From the NCBI GenBank assembly GCA_951406725.2, contig OX597817.1:174344001-174408000 (forward strand): DNA of 64,000 nt. Reading direction: 5' to 3'. A program made the position numbers and the translations under genes. Shown here in pieces: positions 26,925 to 40,247 of the stretch (within the stretch, counting starts at the first letter, position 1; each line of letters starts with the position of its first letter). This stretch comes from Octopus vulgaris. Its lineage: Eukaryota. The notes below the pieces were generated by a model. That model had not been told where the DNA came from. It saw only the letters and a list, made by a program, of their open reading frames with translations, and made no database searches.

Positions 26925-27558
26925 TCATCATCACCCTCATCATCATTTAATGTTCATTGTCCATACTGGCATGGGTCGGATGGTTTGACCAGGTTGACAC
27001 GCTGGAAGGCTGCACCAGACTCCAGTCTGATTGTGCATGGTTTTCTATGGTTGGATGCCCTTCCTAATGCCAACCACTCTGAGAGTGTAATGGGTGCTTT
27101 TACATGCTACTGGCATGGGTGCCATTTGCATGGCACCAGTATATGCCACAACTGTGATTTTGCTCAGCTTGATGGGTCTTCTTCTCAAGCACAACATAAT
27201 GCCTAAGGTCTCGGTCATTGAGTCCGTGAGGTCCAACACTCAAAGGGAACTCAGGCACTTTGCTTCTGTGAGGCCCAACGCTTGAAAGGTGTTCTTTACG
27301 TGCCACCAGCATGGGTGCACTTGGCTTGATGGGCCCTCTCAAGCACAGCACATCGCTAAAGGTCTTGGTCATTAGTCATTGCCTGTGTGAGGCTCAAAGT
27401 TTGAAGATCATGCTACACCACCTCCTCCTATGTCTTCCTGGGTCTACCTCTACCACAGGTTCCCTCCACAGTTAGAGATCGGCACTTCTTTACACAGCTG
27501 TCTTCATCCATATGCATCACATGACCATACCAGCACAGTCGTCTCTCTTGCACACCAC
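26925..27558 (-). mobile_element. RTE LINE 3' end (ORF C-terminus, 3'UTR, (GAT)n tail)
   Basis: [39 protein letters not shown] followed by the UTR shared with the many truncated copies. Confidence 0.8.
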
Positions 27559-27568
27559 ATATATATGA

Positions 27569-27607
<39 letters not shown>

Positions 27608-27609
<2 letters not shown>

Positions 27610-27787
27610 TGGCACCTGTGTCGGTGGCACATAAAATCACCCACTACACTCTCGGAGTGGTTGGCATTAGGAAGGGCATCCAGCTGTAGAAACACTGCCA
27701 GATCTGACTGGCCTGGTGCAGCCTTCGGGCTCCCAGACCCCAGTTGAACCGTCCAACCCATGCTAGCATGGAAAGCGGACGTTGAAC

Positions 27788-27822
<35 letters not shown>
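27608..27822 (+). mobile_element. 5'-truncated RTE 3'UTR copy
   Basis: ...ggaagggcatccagctgtagaaac...catgctagcatggaaagcggacgttgaac(gat)n. Confidence 0.75.
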
Positions 27823-27874
<52 letters not shown>

Positions 27875-28250
27875 TGTATGTATGTATATATATGTGTGTG
27901 TATGTATGTATGTATATATGTGTGTGTGTATGTATGTATGTATATATATATGTGTGTGTGCATGTATGTATGTATGTATATATATATGTGTGTGTATGTA
28001 TGTATATATATGTATATATGTGTGTGGATGTATGTATGTATGTATGTATATATATATATATGTATGTGTATGTATGTATGTGTATGTATGTATATATATG
28101 TGTGTATGTATATATGTGTGTGTATGTAATATGTGTGTATAAATATATATATATATGTATATATATGTGTATATACATATATATGTATATATACATACAT
28201 ATATATGTATATATTTATGTATATATATATATGTATGTATGTATATATAT
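27823..28250. repeat. Compound (TA)/(TATG)/(TG) microsatellite (similar tracts at 29175-29560, 32660-32995, 39785-40262)
   Basis: Directly visible. Confidence 0.95.
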
Positions 28251-28882
28251 AAAGAAAAAGTGAAAGGGGTACAGATAGACATATTCATGTGTATATAGAT
28301 TGGATACATTGAAAACAACTTTATTAATTCATTTCATCGAGTTTTCTTTACCAAAATCTTATTAAACACACTATTCCTGATACCATTTAGGAAATATTAC
28401 CATAGGAAGACATTTGAACTATTAATAACCTGAGACCCCCCACCTCCAGCAAAACAAAAAAAAATTCAGAAATAACAAAAAAAAAAGCAAATATAATTAA
28501 TTTGAGTCATTGATTTTTAAATGGTATTGAATAAAAATATACCATTTCAACTGGGTTCATATTACGCCACTTGCTTGACAGCAATTGCAGCATTGCAGTT
28601 GGCTTCTTAACATGTTGCCAACTTTACAACACTGCACATTCTATGTTTGCAGTAACTGCAGATTGTTATTCCATGTCACTGAACATGTCTAATAAGGAAT
28701 CGTGTCTCAGATTATTTAGCTTTCATTGAATGTTCTAGGAAGTTAAATTTATTTTTCATTTTCATATATGTGTATACAGTATATATAGATACAAAGATAA
28801 ATAGATAGATAGATATGTCTATAGATATACACACACATAATATATAATATATATATATATATATACATGTATTTATATATAA

Positions 28883-28916
<34 letters not shown>

Positions 28917-28941
28917 GTCTGTCGGTTTGTCTGTCTTTCTG

Positions 28942-28983
<42 letters not shown>

Positions 28984-29499
28984 AATATATATATATATAT
29001 ATATACACACACATTAGCATAGCTAGAGTGTGTGCTGTCCAGAGTGGCCCTTCAGTTTGCTGCACCCGAGCCTTTACAAAAAATATACAGGGCCTACAGC
29101 TGGCCCAAAAGTAGTATCACTGCTATGAAAGTGCTGCCCGGAGTAGGTTGCCCCTCCTCCCCACTTTAACTATGCTAGTGTATATATATATGTGTGTGTG
29201 TGTATCTATGTATATATATATGTATATATTTATATATCTATATATATGTATATATATATGTATACATATGTGCACTTACATATGTGTATATGTATATGTA
29301 TACACACACACACATATACATATAAACATATATCTGTATATACATAGATATACATATGGGCACGGACACACATATACACAAGCATGTGTGTATATGCATA
29401 TATATTTTTGAATATATATATATGTATATATGCATATGTATGCATATATGTATAAAATGTGTATGTATATACATACATACATATAATATATATATATAT

Positions 29500-29561
<62 letters not shown>

Positions 29562-29976
29562 GTTTATTTTTTAGAAATCAATTTAATTTTTTTTATTATT
29601 AAGCCTCTATATTAAGTTTGTATTAAAATGTTCAAATATTTTAATAACATTATATGAATATTCTTGATGAGATTTTTATATTCATTTGTTTTATTTTGAA
29701 ATAGTATTTTTATCTATGCTTGGAATATTAATTTTAATATGTATGGAATATTAATACTCATTTATTTAATCTGTTGATTCTGTTATTTTTACCTCAAACT
29801 CTATGTGTGTAAGTTAATGTTTATTATATAAAAACAAACAAACAGAAAACTTTAAGGTATGTTCTTATCATAAAGCAATGTGCAGTAGGATATATACTTA
29901 AAACAGCAGTGCAACAGAAAGTATTGCTGTACCACTAATCAGCGAGATCTTGTTATTGGACTGCAGGCATGCTTAA

Positions 29977-30094
29977 CCCTTTGAGCCCTGGCCTCCTGAA
30001 CCTTATTTGACCATATGCCTGGCACTTTACTGGTGCTACCGTATAGAGAAAAATAAGCCGTCCACTGGTAAACCAGTGTTACTGGCTCAAAGGA
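29977..30094. mobile_element. Small piggyBac-type MITE (118 bp)
   Basis: TTAA-ccctttgagcc ... ggctcaaagga-TTAA. Confidence 0.6.
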
Positions 30095-31008
30095 TTAAGC
30101 CTTGTAAAGTAGGATCCTTTGAATGAGTACTTATTTCTTAATCTAGTACTTATGTTAGTCTCTTTTGCTTGACCATTGAGTTACAGGGATGTAACCAAAC
30201 CAACACTGGTTGTCAAGTGGTCAGGGGCCGAGGCTAATCACAAAAACATATATGCACACAAACATTAAAGTGGTGATAAGAAGTTTGCTATCCAATCATA
30301 TAAGATTGTGGTTTCGACTCCTGGAACAGATGATGCATTGGGTTCTTGAGAAAAACACTTTGTTTTACTTTGCTCCAGTCCACTCAGCTGGCAAAAGTGA
30401 GTAATCCTGTGATGGACTGAGATCCCATCCAGGTGGAATACAAACACTGCAGAATCTTGGAAACTGACCTCATGAGCTTTTGGCTCTGGAAGGACCTTTG
30501 ATTCTTTCCTTTTTTTTATGTAAGCACTGGGTCTTTGGCTCCTCATCCTTGACCCTGTAGAGCATCTAGGATGTAGTAACTGGAAGAAGAGTACACCAAC
30601 ATCCTGCTAGTACTTATTACAACCAAGTAGATTGAATAACAGGAAATGAAGTGCATTGGTCAAGGACTCAATGTGCTATCTGGTTCAGGAATTGAACCCA
30701 TAACCTTGTGCTCATGAGTCAAACACCTTAACCACCAGGCCACAGGCCTTCATATTTATCATATATTATACAAATCAGGCGTTATCTTTTATTGTTTACT
30801 TGTTTCAGTCATTTGACTGCGACCATGCTGGAGCATCACCTTTAGTCGAGCAAATCGACCCCAGGACTTATTCTTTGGAAGCCTAGTATTATTCTATTAG
30901 CCTCTTTTGCTGAACTGCTTAGTTATGGGGATGTAAACACACCAGCATCAGTTGTCAAGCGATGTTGGGGGGACAAACACGGACACACAAACATATATGC
31001 ACACATAC

Positions 31009-31080
<72 letters not shown>

Positions 31081-31084
<4 letters not shown>

Positions 31085-31737
31085 CATAAATAAGGGCAAA
31101 CGAAAAAATTTCTAATGCCAAATATGTCAAAAAATTGGATGTATTGTCCATTAACCATATAATTTTTTCACAATACGCACGCTACTCGAAAAAAGTTGGA
31201 CAGAAATTTCTAAAAAATTCCATTATTACCATATCGGACCGATTTCAGGGTTAGCTTATAACAGCCCTCCCTTCGTCAGTGATAAATGTGGCAAAAGAAA
31301 ATAAATGAGATACTTACTCATACCCATGGAAGAAGCAAACACTAAGTCATGAGCACAATTAAGTACCCCAAATATATCCAAAATAGAAATACTCTAGCCC
31401 ATTCGAGACACGTGCGATTTGAACTGATGCTCTCATAGAGTGAAAGAGTCCGGAAGTGAACACTTAAATTTATATCTAATGTAGGATAAAACTTTTTCGA
31501 AAAAGATTCTTTTACAAAAAAATTTTATCAATGGCCAGCATATTAAAAAATACCTTTAAAGGTTAAAATTATAAACAATTCATAAATAAGGGCAAATGAA
31601 AAAATTTCTAATGCCAAATATGCCGAAAAATTGGACATATTTTAACCTTTAAAGGTATTTTTTAATATGCTGGCCATTGATAAAATTTTTTTGGAAAAGA
31701 ATCTTTTTCGAAAAAGTTTTATTCTACATTAGATATA
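31081..31737 (-). mobile_element. Penelope/retrozyme-like non-coding element with hammerhead ribozyme, 496-bp unit, partial direct repeat and inverted tail
   Basis: 31081-31139 is repeated at 31577-31636; about 31471-31569 is inverted at about 31639-31737; flanked by (TA)n; hammerhead core at 31226-31285. Confidence 0.75.
31226..31285 (-). ncRNA. Type I hammerhead ribozyme (minimal, palindromic stem III)
   Basis: Minus strand UUAUCA CUGACGA AGGG..CCCU GAAA UCGG-U-CCGA UA UGGUAA: all core nucleotides and three stems present. Confidence 0.8.
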
Positions 31738-32709
31738 TATATATATATACATAATAATAATATTAGGGAGTATATCCAAACTTACAGGGAAAAATTAGAT
31801 TTAGGATTATCTCTACTTTAATTTATATATATATACATATATATGATGGGATTCTTTCAGTTTCCATCTACCAAATCCACTCACAAGGCTTTGTTTTGTC
31901 AGCCCGAGGCTATAGTAGAAGACACTTGCCCAAGGTGACAATCATTGGGAATGAACCTGGAACCATGTGGTTGGTAAGCAAGCTACTTACCACACGGCCA
32001 CTCCTGCACCTACTTGCTACACAGCCACTCATACATCTAGAGCAAACCTTTTTCAGGGGTCCTTAAAATAATATTGTGGAGCTCCAATTTACTATTTTGT
32101 TGCAGGGACCTCCTGAACTCTTATATGGGCCCCAGTTTAGAACCACCGAACCACCAAGTTGCAGGGATGTAAACAAACCAACACTGCTTCTCGGCCGTGG
32201 GTTACACTAGAAGACATTTGCCCGAGCAAGGTGATACGCAGTGTGACTGAACCTGAAATGAAGGGGTTGGGAAACAAACTGCTTAACCATGTAGCTACCC
32301 TCATGCATACGACCTGCCTGCACCTAATCATACTAACTTTCATTTACATAATTGCCCAGACATTACATTTCTTTCGGCAAGCACAGAAACACACAGTGGA
32401 CACTCTGCTGTGAATGATCTGATTTGCACAGTTCCATCTGTTGCTTTAGATAATACAAATACACTAAAGGTCAGCTAGCTGCAAGCATGTATGGAGAGAG
32501 CAATAACACAACCTTTCGCTAAACAAACTTTTATATATTCGAGGAAGTTACTTATGTGACTGACTAGCATGCCTGATGTGAATTGTATAACCTGTTGGAT
32601 TATTTCTTTTATGTACAATAAGAACAAGCCATTGGTAAACACAGAGGTTTGTGAGAGACAGTGTGTGTGTGTGTGTATGTATATATATATGTATATATAT
32701 ATATATGTA

Positions 32710-32756
<47 letters not shown>

Positions 32757-32854
32757 ATATATATATATATATATTATGTATGTATGTATGTATGTATGTA
32801 TGTATGTATGTATGTATGTATGTGTGTGTGTGTGTGTGTGTGTGTTTATGTATG

Positions 32855-32891
<37 letters not shown>

Positions 32892-32944
32892 ATATGTATG
32901 TATGTATATATGTGTGTGTGTATATATGTATGTGTGTATATATA

Positions 32945-32993
<49 letters not shown>

Positions 32994-33171
32994 GTTTCCC
33001 AGGTTATGTTAGGTAAATCAGTTTCAGTAAGCAGTCTTCCTCTCCTTCTCCGTCCGCCCCCCCCCCCCCCACAACAGCAGGTATTTCAATCACTCCACTA
33101 ATCACTTGTTTATTATGCAACACTGCTGGTATGTCAGGTGCTGAGTAGGTTAGAGTTGATTTGTGATCAAG

Positions 33172-34160
33172 TGGATGGATGGATGGATGGATGGATGGAT
33201 GCATGGATGGATGGATAGATGGATGGATGGATGGATGGATGGGTGGATGGATGGATGGATGAATGGATGGATGGATGGATGGATGGATGGATGGATGGAT
33301 GGATGGATGGGTGGGTGGATGGATGGATGGATGGATGGATGGATGGATGGATGGATGGATGGATGGATGGATGGATGGATGGATGGATGTGGGGTGGATG
33401 GATGGATGGATGGATGGATGGATGGATGGATGGATGTGTGTGTGGATGGATGGATGGATGGATGGATGGATGGATGGATGGATGGATGGATGGATGGGTG
33501 GGTGGGTGGATGGATGGGTGGGTGGGTGGATGGATGGATGGATGGATGGATGGATGGATGGATGGATGGATGGATGGGTGGATGGATGGATGGATGGATG
33601 GATGGATGGATGGGTGGGTGGATGGATGGATGGATGGATGGATGGATGGATGGGTGGGTGGGTTGGTGGGTGGGTGGATGGATGGATGGATGGGTGGGTG
33701 GGTGGATGGATGGATGGACTGGATGGACGGACGGACGGATGGATGGATGGGTGGGTGGGTGGGTGGGTGGGTGGATGGATGGATGGATGGATGGATGGAT
33801 GGATGGATGGATGGATGGGTGGATGGATGGATGGATGGATGGATGGATGGATGGATGGATGGATGGATGGATGGATGGGTGGATGGATGGATGGATGGAT
33901 GGATGGATGGATGGATGGATGGATGGATGGATGGGTGGGTGGGTGGGTGGATGGATGGATGGATGGATGGATGGATGGGTGGGTGGGTGGGTGGGTGGGT
34001 GGGTGGGTGGGTGGATGGATGGATGGATGGATGGATGGATGGATGGGTGGGTGGGTGGGTGGGTGGATGGATGGATGGATGGATGGATGGATGGATGGAT
34101 GGATGGGTGGGTGGATGGATGGATGGATGGATGGATGGATGGATGGGTGGGTGGTGGGGA
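33172..34160. repeat. About 1-kb (GGAT)n microsatellite with interspersed (GGGT)n runs
   Basis: Directly visible; source of the spurious MDGW/HPSI ORFs. Confidence 0.97.
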
Positions 34161-34280
34161 GTGAGTGGGTCGGTAGGTGGGTTAGCAAACAGCATAACTT
34201 CATTACACCCTCTTGAAAGTTAACACCTTACTGTATGTCTGTGTGTGCATGCATATGCACGTGTGTATGTGTGTGTGTGT

Positions 34281-34327
<47 letters not shown>

Positions 34328-34496
34328 ATAGTGGTACAACAATGCACTAATGTTTACTGGAAATAGCAGTCGATAATATATGATGCCACACTAAAGCTTC
34401 ACTGTATATATATATATATATATTGGGAAGCAATACTACTGTATTGCACTATTTAATCATTTTTTCTCTCTCTATATATGCATGTAAGTATGTGTG

Positions 34497-34554
<58 letters not shown>

Positions 34555-34796
34555 ATATAAGAAAAAGGACAGGAAAACAGGTTGCTTGACCGCATACCGA
34601 AAAAATAGAAATAGCAGTCAAGAATGCTTATTTCTATCAAAGTTGGACTCCGGGCATGATAGACCCTGTAATTCACATACGCAAAACAGAATTCTACCAG
34701 TAAATAATTGGGGTTTTTTTAAAAGCCTTTATAGAAATTATTTACTCTTATCATTATATATATATATATATACATATATATATTTACACATACATA

Positions 34797-35013
34797 TGAA
34801 GGGGTGCTGAAAAGTTCCTGACTTTAAAAGTATTGTGAAAGGCTTGGTTGGAGGCCCAACCTCCCAAGTTCTTTTACAGGGCTTAGAAAAACTGAAGGAC
34901 CACTGCAATAAGTGTGTGAATCTAAGAAGGGAATAAGTTAGATAAAATCGCAATTAACTGATCCTCCTGTATTTTCTTTTACCCAAAGCCAGGAACTTTT
35001 CAGCAACCCTTTG
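34797..35013 (+). mobile_element. Mariner-derived MITE (about 215 bp)
   Basis: TIRs aaggggtgctgaaaagttcctgacttt / aaagccaggaacttttcagcaaccctt; internal remnant LEKLKDHCNKCVNL resembling a mariner C-terminus. Confidence 0.75.
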
Positions 35014-35113
35014 TGTATGTATGCATGTATGTATACACACACACACACACAGACACACACACACACACACAGACACAGACACACACACACATATATATGT
35101 GTTAATGTGTATA

Positions 35114-35151
<38 letters not shown>

Positions 35152-36001
35152 GCTAGCATAGAAACCAAATGTTAAATGATGAAAATGATAATTATGTATG
35201 TGTGTCATTAAAAATTCTAATATAACTAGATTTTGAATATGTATTTGCAATTTACTCGCTCTTTCAAGTTTTATACTAACAAATCTTCAGGTGAATAGTG
35301 CTGTGATAGTCTGCATATGTATGTGTGTGTCTGTGTGTCCGTCCACAGTGAATACTGTATATTGCTAGACACTGACACAGTGGTTTAAACGTAGACCACA
35401 AATTGGTGGTTGCTTTTATCAAAAGCCATCTAACACCATACATGGTGATGTCAAGAGCTAGGCTATTGTCATCACCTTTTAAACTAATCAGCTGGTACAG
35501 CAGCCATCCATATCTTCGAATGCACTGCTGTCAATAAATGCATTTGCAACAGCTCTTTCTGGACCATTTGTTAACAGTTGCAGCAGGTTGCATGGCGACA
35601 GCAGCAGCAGCAGCAATAGCTGTGTCATTACTAATCAGCTGCTGCACCTTTCCATCTATCTACTCATATATGCTAGAATTTCTAATGTCACTGCATTTCA
35701 ATCAACCAGACTCTCAATAAAGGCAGCACTGTATTTTACAGCATACATGCTGAAGTTTTCAGGCCTAAATTTATTGTCAAAGAAAGGTACAACGTTGGTG
35801 GCATGGAGAAGGGAGACTGGTATGGATGGGCGACTGCTGGTCTTCCATAAACAACCTTGCTTGGACTTGTGCCTCAGAGGAGAACTTTCTTAGTGCAATC
35901 CCATGGTCATTTGTGACTGAAGGGAGTTTTTATCTTTACACACACACACATGTATGTATGTATGTATGTATGTATATATGTGTGTGTGTGTGTGTGTGTG
36001 T

Positions 36002-36300
36002 GGAGGCACATGGCCTAGCGGTTAGAGCAGTAGATTCGCTGTCGAGAGATCGTGGGTTCGAATCTCAGACCGGGCGATGTGTGTCTTTACGATCGAAACA
36101 CCTAAGCTCCATGCGGCTCCGGCAGAAGATAATGGTGAACTTCTGCTGACTCTTTCACCACAACATTTCTCTCACTCTTTCCTCCTGCATCTTGCAGCTC
36201 ACCTGCGATGGACCGGCGTCCCATCCAGATGGGGAACCTATATGCCAAGGAAACCGGCCCTTATGAGCCAGGTGTGGCTCAAGAAGGAACAAACAAACAA
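36002..36300 (+). mobile_element. tRNA-derived SINE family C (related copies at 39180-39501 and 59625-59871, minus strand)
   Basis: tggcctagcggttagagc A-box and gggttcgaatct B-box; the 39180 copy has TSD ttgtctgacctat. Confidence 0.8.
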
Positions 36301-37112
36301 TGTATGTATGTATAAATGAGTAACAAAGACGTACGGGTGTCAATTCCTTACAGCTGTTTCAAGCGACTCCTTTAATTGATTAATGACAACATTACATCAT
36401 TACAAAGAAACTGTTTTCATCAGATGACTGCATAGACTTGAAATACAAATGACCAACCAACTGCCTCAACATATTCATATCACCAACTGGACTTCAAATA
36501 TTTACTTTGAATCTGCTGCTATTTCTTTGGCCGAATGATTTAGAATATAGTCTGTATAGTGTTGAACCTATTAGAATTAAGAGGTTATTAGCGGTTATAG
36601 TGGCGGTGGGGGGGAGAGGAATAATTGAGAGTAATGACCTAGTTACCTACACTTTGAAGTATAGGTAACACACACACACACACACACACACAGGCACAAG
36701 TATGGTTGTGTGGTAAGAAGTTTGCTTCCCAACCACATGGTTCCTGGTTCAGTCCTACTGCGTGGTACCTTCAGCAAAGCCAACTAAAGCCTTGTGAGTG
36801 AATTTGGTGGATGGAAACTGAAAGAAACCTCTATGTGTGTGTGTGTGTGTGTGTTTGTCCCCCGCCACCACTTAACATCCTTGTAACTTAGCAGTTTGGC
36901 AAAAGAAGGTTGATAGGTAAGTACCAGGCTTGAAAAAGAAAAAAAAGGTCCTGGGGTCAATTCATTGCCCCAGTATGGTCGCAATCTCGTAACTGAAACA
37001 AGTAAACGATAAAAGATGAAAGATATACATACATACATATATACATACATACATATATTTCATGGTTAAGAGATTATAAGGGTCATACATCTTATTGGAT
37101 CAAAATAAATAT

Positions 37113-37348
37113 ATTTAATTCTTTATTGCCCACAAGGGGCTAAACATAGAGGGGACAAACAAGGACAGATAAATGGATTAAGTCGATTACATGACCCCAG
37201 TGTGTAACTGGTACTTATTTAATCGACACCGAAAGGATGAAAGGCAAACTTATCCTCGGCAGAATTTGAACTCAGAACGTAGCGGCAGACGAAATACCGT
37301 TAAGCATTTCGTCCAGCGTGCCAACGATTCTACCAGCTTGCTGCCTTA
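37113..37348 (-). mobile_element. SINE family A
   Basis: Homology to 430-662. Confidence 0.85.
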
Positions 37349-37699
37349 CCAAAATGAATATATTGTGATCATCATTATTTAATATCCCTTTTCTTATGCT
37401 GGCATGGATTGGACAGTTCTACAAGAACAAACAAGCCACAGAGCTGTACCAAGCTCCATGCCTGTTTTGGCAGGGTTCTACAGCTGGGTACCCTTATTAA
37501 TTAGAACTACTTTAAAGAGTGTACTGGGTATTTTTTTGTGACACCAGCACTAGTGAGGTCACCAGGTACTTACCAGACAAGCTCTTCAGCTGAGTGGGGT
37601 ATAGGACTGAAGGATGTGAAAGAATGATAAAAAGGCAGGAACAGGTAGGTGTTTTACTGAAGAGGTGAATATATATATCTTCCTCAGCTTGAGAAAGAG

Positions 37700-37709
37700 C
37701 TAGATAGAT

Positions 37710-37755
<46 letters not shown>

Positions 37756-37785
37756 GTTGAAGACATACTTTCAAAGTACAAGGTG

Positions 37786-37833
<48 letters not shown>

Positions 37834-37906
37834 ATGTTGAAGACATACTTTCAAAGTACAAGGTGAAAATGAGAGAGAGAGAGAGAGGGTGGAGGCATAC
37901 TTTCAA
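37700..37906. repeat. Composite tandem repeat: (GA)n alternating with aatgttgaagacatactttcaaagtacaaggtgaaaat
   Basis: Two exact copies of the unique block plus a partial third (catactttcaaa). Confidence 0.85.
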
Positions 37907-38334
37907 ATTACAAGATGGATTTGAGAGACAGAGAGATTAGGGATAGAGGAACAAAGAAAGTGGATGGGTAGGCAGGTAGGTTGGTAGGTAAGTACATTAG
38001 AACACATGAAGAGTGTGACAGATAATAAGAGATGGAGATGGAGGTAGTTGCAGTGAAGGAGGGAGTGAAGGAAATGGGAGAAGGAGGAGTAAGTGATGAG
38101 GTACAATGTGAAGTGTTGGGGATAAATAGCATCATTTACAGCACCTGAAAGGGTAGTATCACATTTAGGAGACTGAGGGTGTGGTCGGTGTTTGATGATG
38201 ATTCGTGGGGGGCTTCACAGAACCTAATTTTTTGTTGAGGCAGATGAGTTTTCTCAAGCGCAACAGGTCGTCATTCATCTCTGTCTTTTGTCCTCTCCTC
38301 CATCAGTTCAACATTTCAACATCAGTCTTCAGTA

Positions 38335-38845
38335 CTGTAAATCCTCGAGTATAATCTGCACTTTTCCCCATAATTTAAAGGTCAAAATCCCTAGTGTGTA
38401 CTATATACGAGGTTAAAAATGAAAATTATTTTCTAAGCAATGTCTGAGTCTTTATTTGCTGTCTGGCAATGTTTATTCAGACGCATTTTGTGATGTAGGG
38501 TGCGAAAATACCTAAAGCTAAGCCTGAAAGCAATGAAGTCATAAAAGAATCATCCATAATTTGCAATAAGCAACATTCATTAAATGTTATTTCTGTTATT
38601 TCTTTATTTTCTGCAAACAAAATGCACAAAAAAGCTACATGTTTGCATTATGTTATATATACAATAATAATAAAGAACATTACCGTACACAGTTTTACAA
38701 ACCAAGGACGTTATATAGACCTCCTTGACTCAAGTTAGAGAAGGAGTGCGTATTATACACAAGGTTTAGGTTTTTCAGAGGTACAGCCCCCTAAAAATCC
38801 CCTGCGTATTATACTCAAGGGTGGACTATACTCGAGGATTTACGG
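38335..38845. mobile_element. pogo/Tigger-like MITE (511 bp)
   Basis: TA flanks and TIRs ctgtaaatcctcgagtata / tatactcgaggatttacgg; no ORF. Confidence 0.8.
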
Positions 38846-39942
38846 TACTTCATGCACACATGCGCACACATGTACACACATTGATGCAAGCATGGCTGTA
38901 TGGTCAGGAGGTTTGCTTTGCAACCATGTGCTTTTAGGTTCAATCCCATTGTTACACTTTGAGCAGATATCTTTTACTACAACCTTCTGATTGGACATAG
39001 AACGATATCTTTGTTCAAAATCTGTCAGGATAGCATGTGCAGCTATTGAGCTATTTGGTGTTTGAAGAACCTGGAGATGTAGTTTCTCACACGTGAGGGT
39101 TGGTAACATGTAAAGCATCCAGCTGCAGAAGAAAAAAATCCAAGAAAAACTGCCTTAATAAGTTTTGTCTGACCTATTTATTATTTATTTTTTTTATTTA
39201 TGCACCCTTTTCAAGCCTAACCAGGCTCATGGGCCCGGTTTCCAAGTTTCTGTGGCGTATGTGTTCCAGCTGGACGGGATGCCAGTCCATCGCAGCATTA
39301 CCCAAGAAACAGGAAGAAAGAGTGAGAGAAAGTTGGGGTGAAAGAGTACAACAGGGGTCACCACAACCCCCTGCTGGAGCCTCGTGAAGCTTTTAAGTAT
39401 TTTCGCTCAATAAACACACACAACGCCCAGTCTGGGAATTGAAACCGCGATCCTCCGACCGCGAGTCTGCTGCCCTAACCACTGGGCCATTGCGCCTTCA
39501 CTTGTCTGACCTATATAGCATAGAAAAATGAACATTAAAATGATGATGATGATGATGTGTGCATGTGTTTAGGTATTCAAATAGAAGGAAATGTACTCAA
39601 AACAGGGAAAAGATTTCAGTCTTTCGTCCTTTAGTGCCCACAGCAACAGATAAAGCACCAGCCTCTGTTTGCAGCTTGGATCCACAGGGTTTTTTATGGC
39701 TGATCGCACTCTCCCTCCCCCACCACTCGGCAGGGCATAAACTGGTGCATTGATGACCGAGTGAATGACTGACTAAAATTAATACATGTGTGCATGTGCA
39801 TGTGTGTGTATGTGTGTATATAAATACACACACATACATGTATGTATATATATGTATATACATATATATCTGAGTGTGTGTGTGTGTGTATATATATGTG
39901 TGTGTGTGTGTCTATATATATATATGTATATATAAATATATA

Positions 39943-39982
<40 letters not shown>

Positions 39983-40152
39983 TACATATATATATACATA
40001 TATATATATACACATATGTATATATATTTATATACACATATATATATATTTATATATACATATATATATTTATATATACATATATATATTTATATATACA
40101 TATATATATATTTATATATACATATATATATTTATATATACATATATATATT

Positions 40153-40247
<95 letters not shown>

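Larger units (their letters stand above)
30790..32010 (-). mobile_element. SINE family B split at its internal (TA)n by hammerhead-type elements
   Basis: 3' half at 30790-31020 and 5' half at 31840-32010 flank the 31081-31830 insertions. Confidence 0.8.

Noticed and set aside
27504-28318. YI/HT/CV-rich ORFs here and at 29.2, 32.6 and 39.8 kb
   Set aside because: Translations of dinucleotide and tetranucleotide microsatellites.
33004-34223. 300-400 aa ORFs (HPSI / MDGW repeats)
   Set aside because: Open in many frames only because (GGAT)n lacks stop codons.
35588-35600. RFX X-box-like motif gttgcatggcgac in a TE-free stretch
   Set aside because: Single imperfect motif with no linked transcription start.
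36002-36075. tRNA gene
   Set aside because: A and B boxes are present, but the sequence continues into a repeated SINE body; treated as a SINE head.
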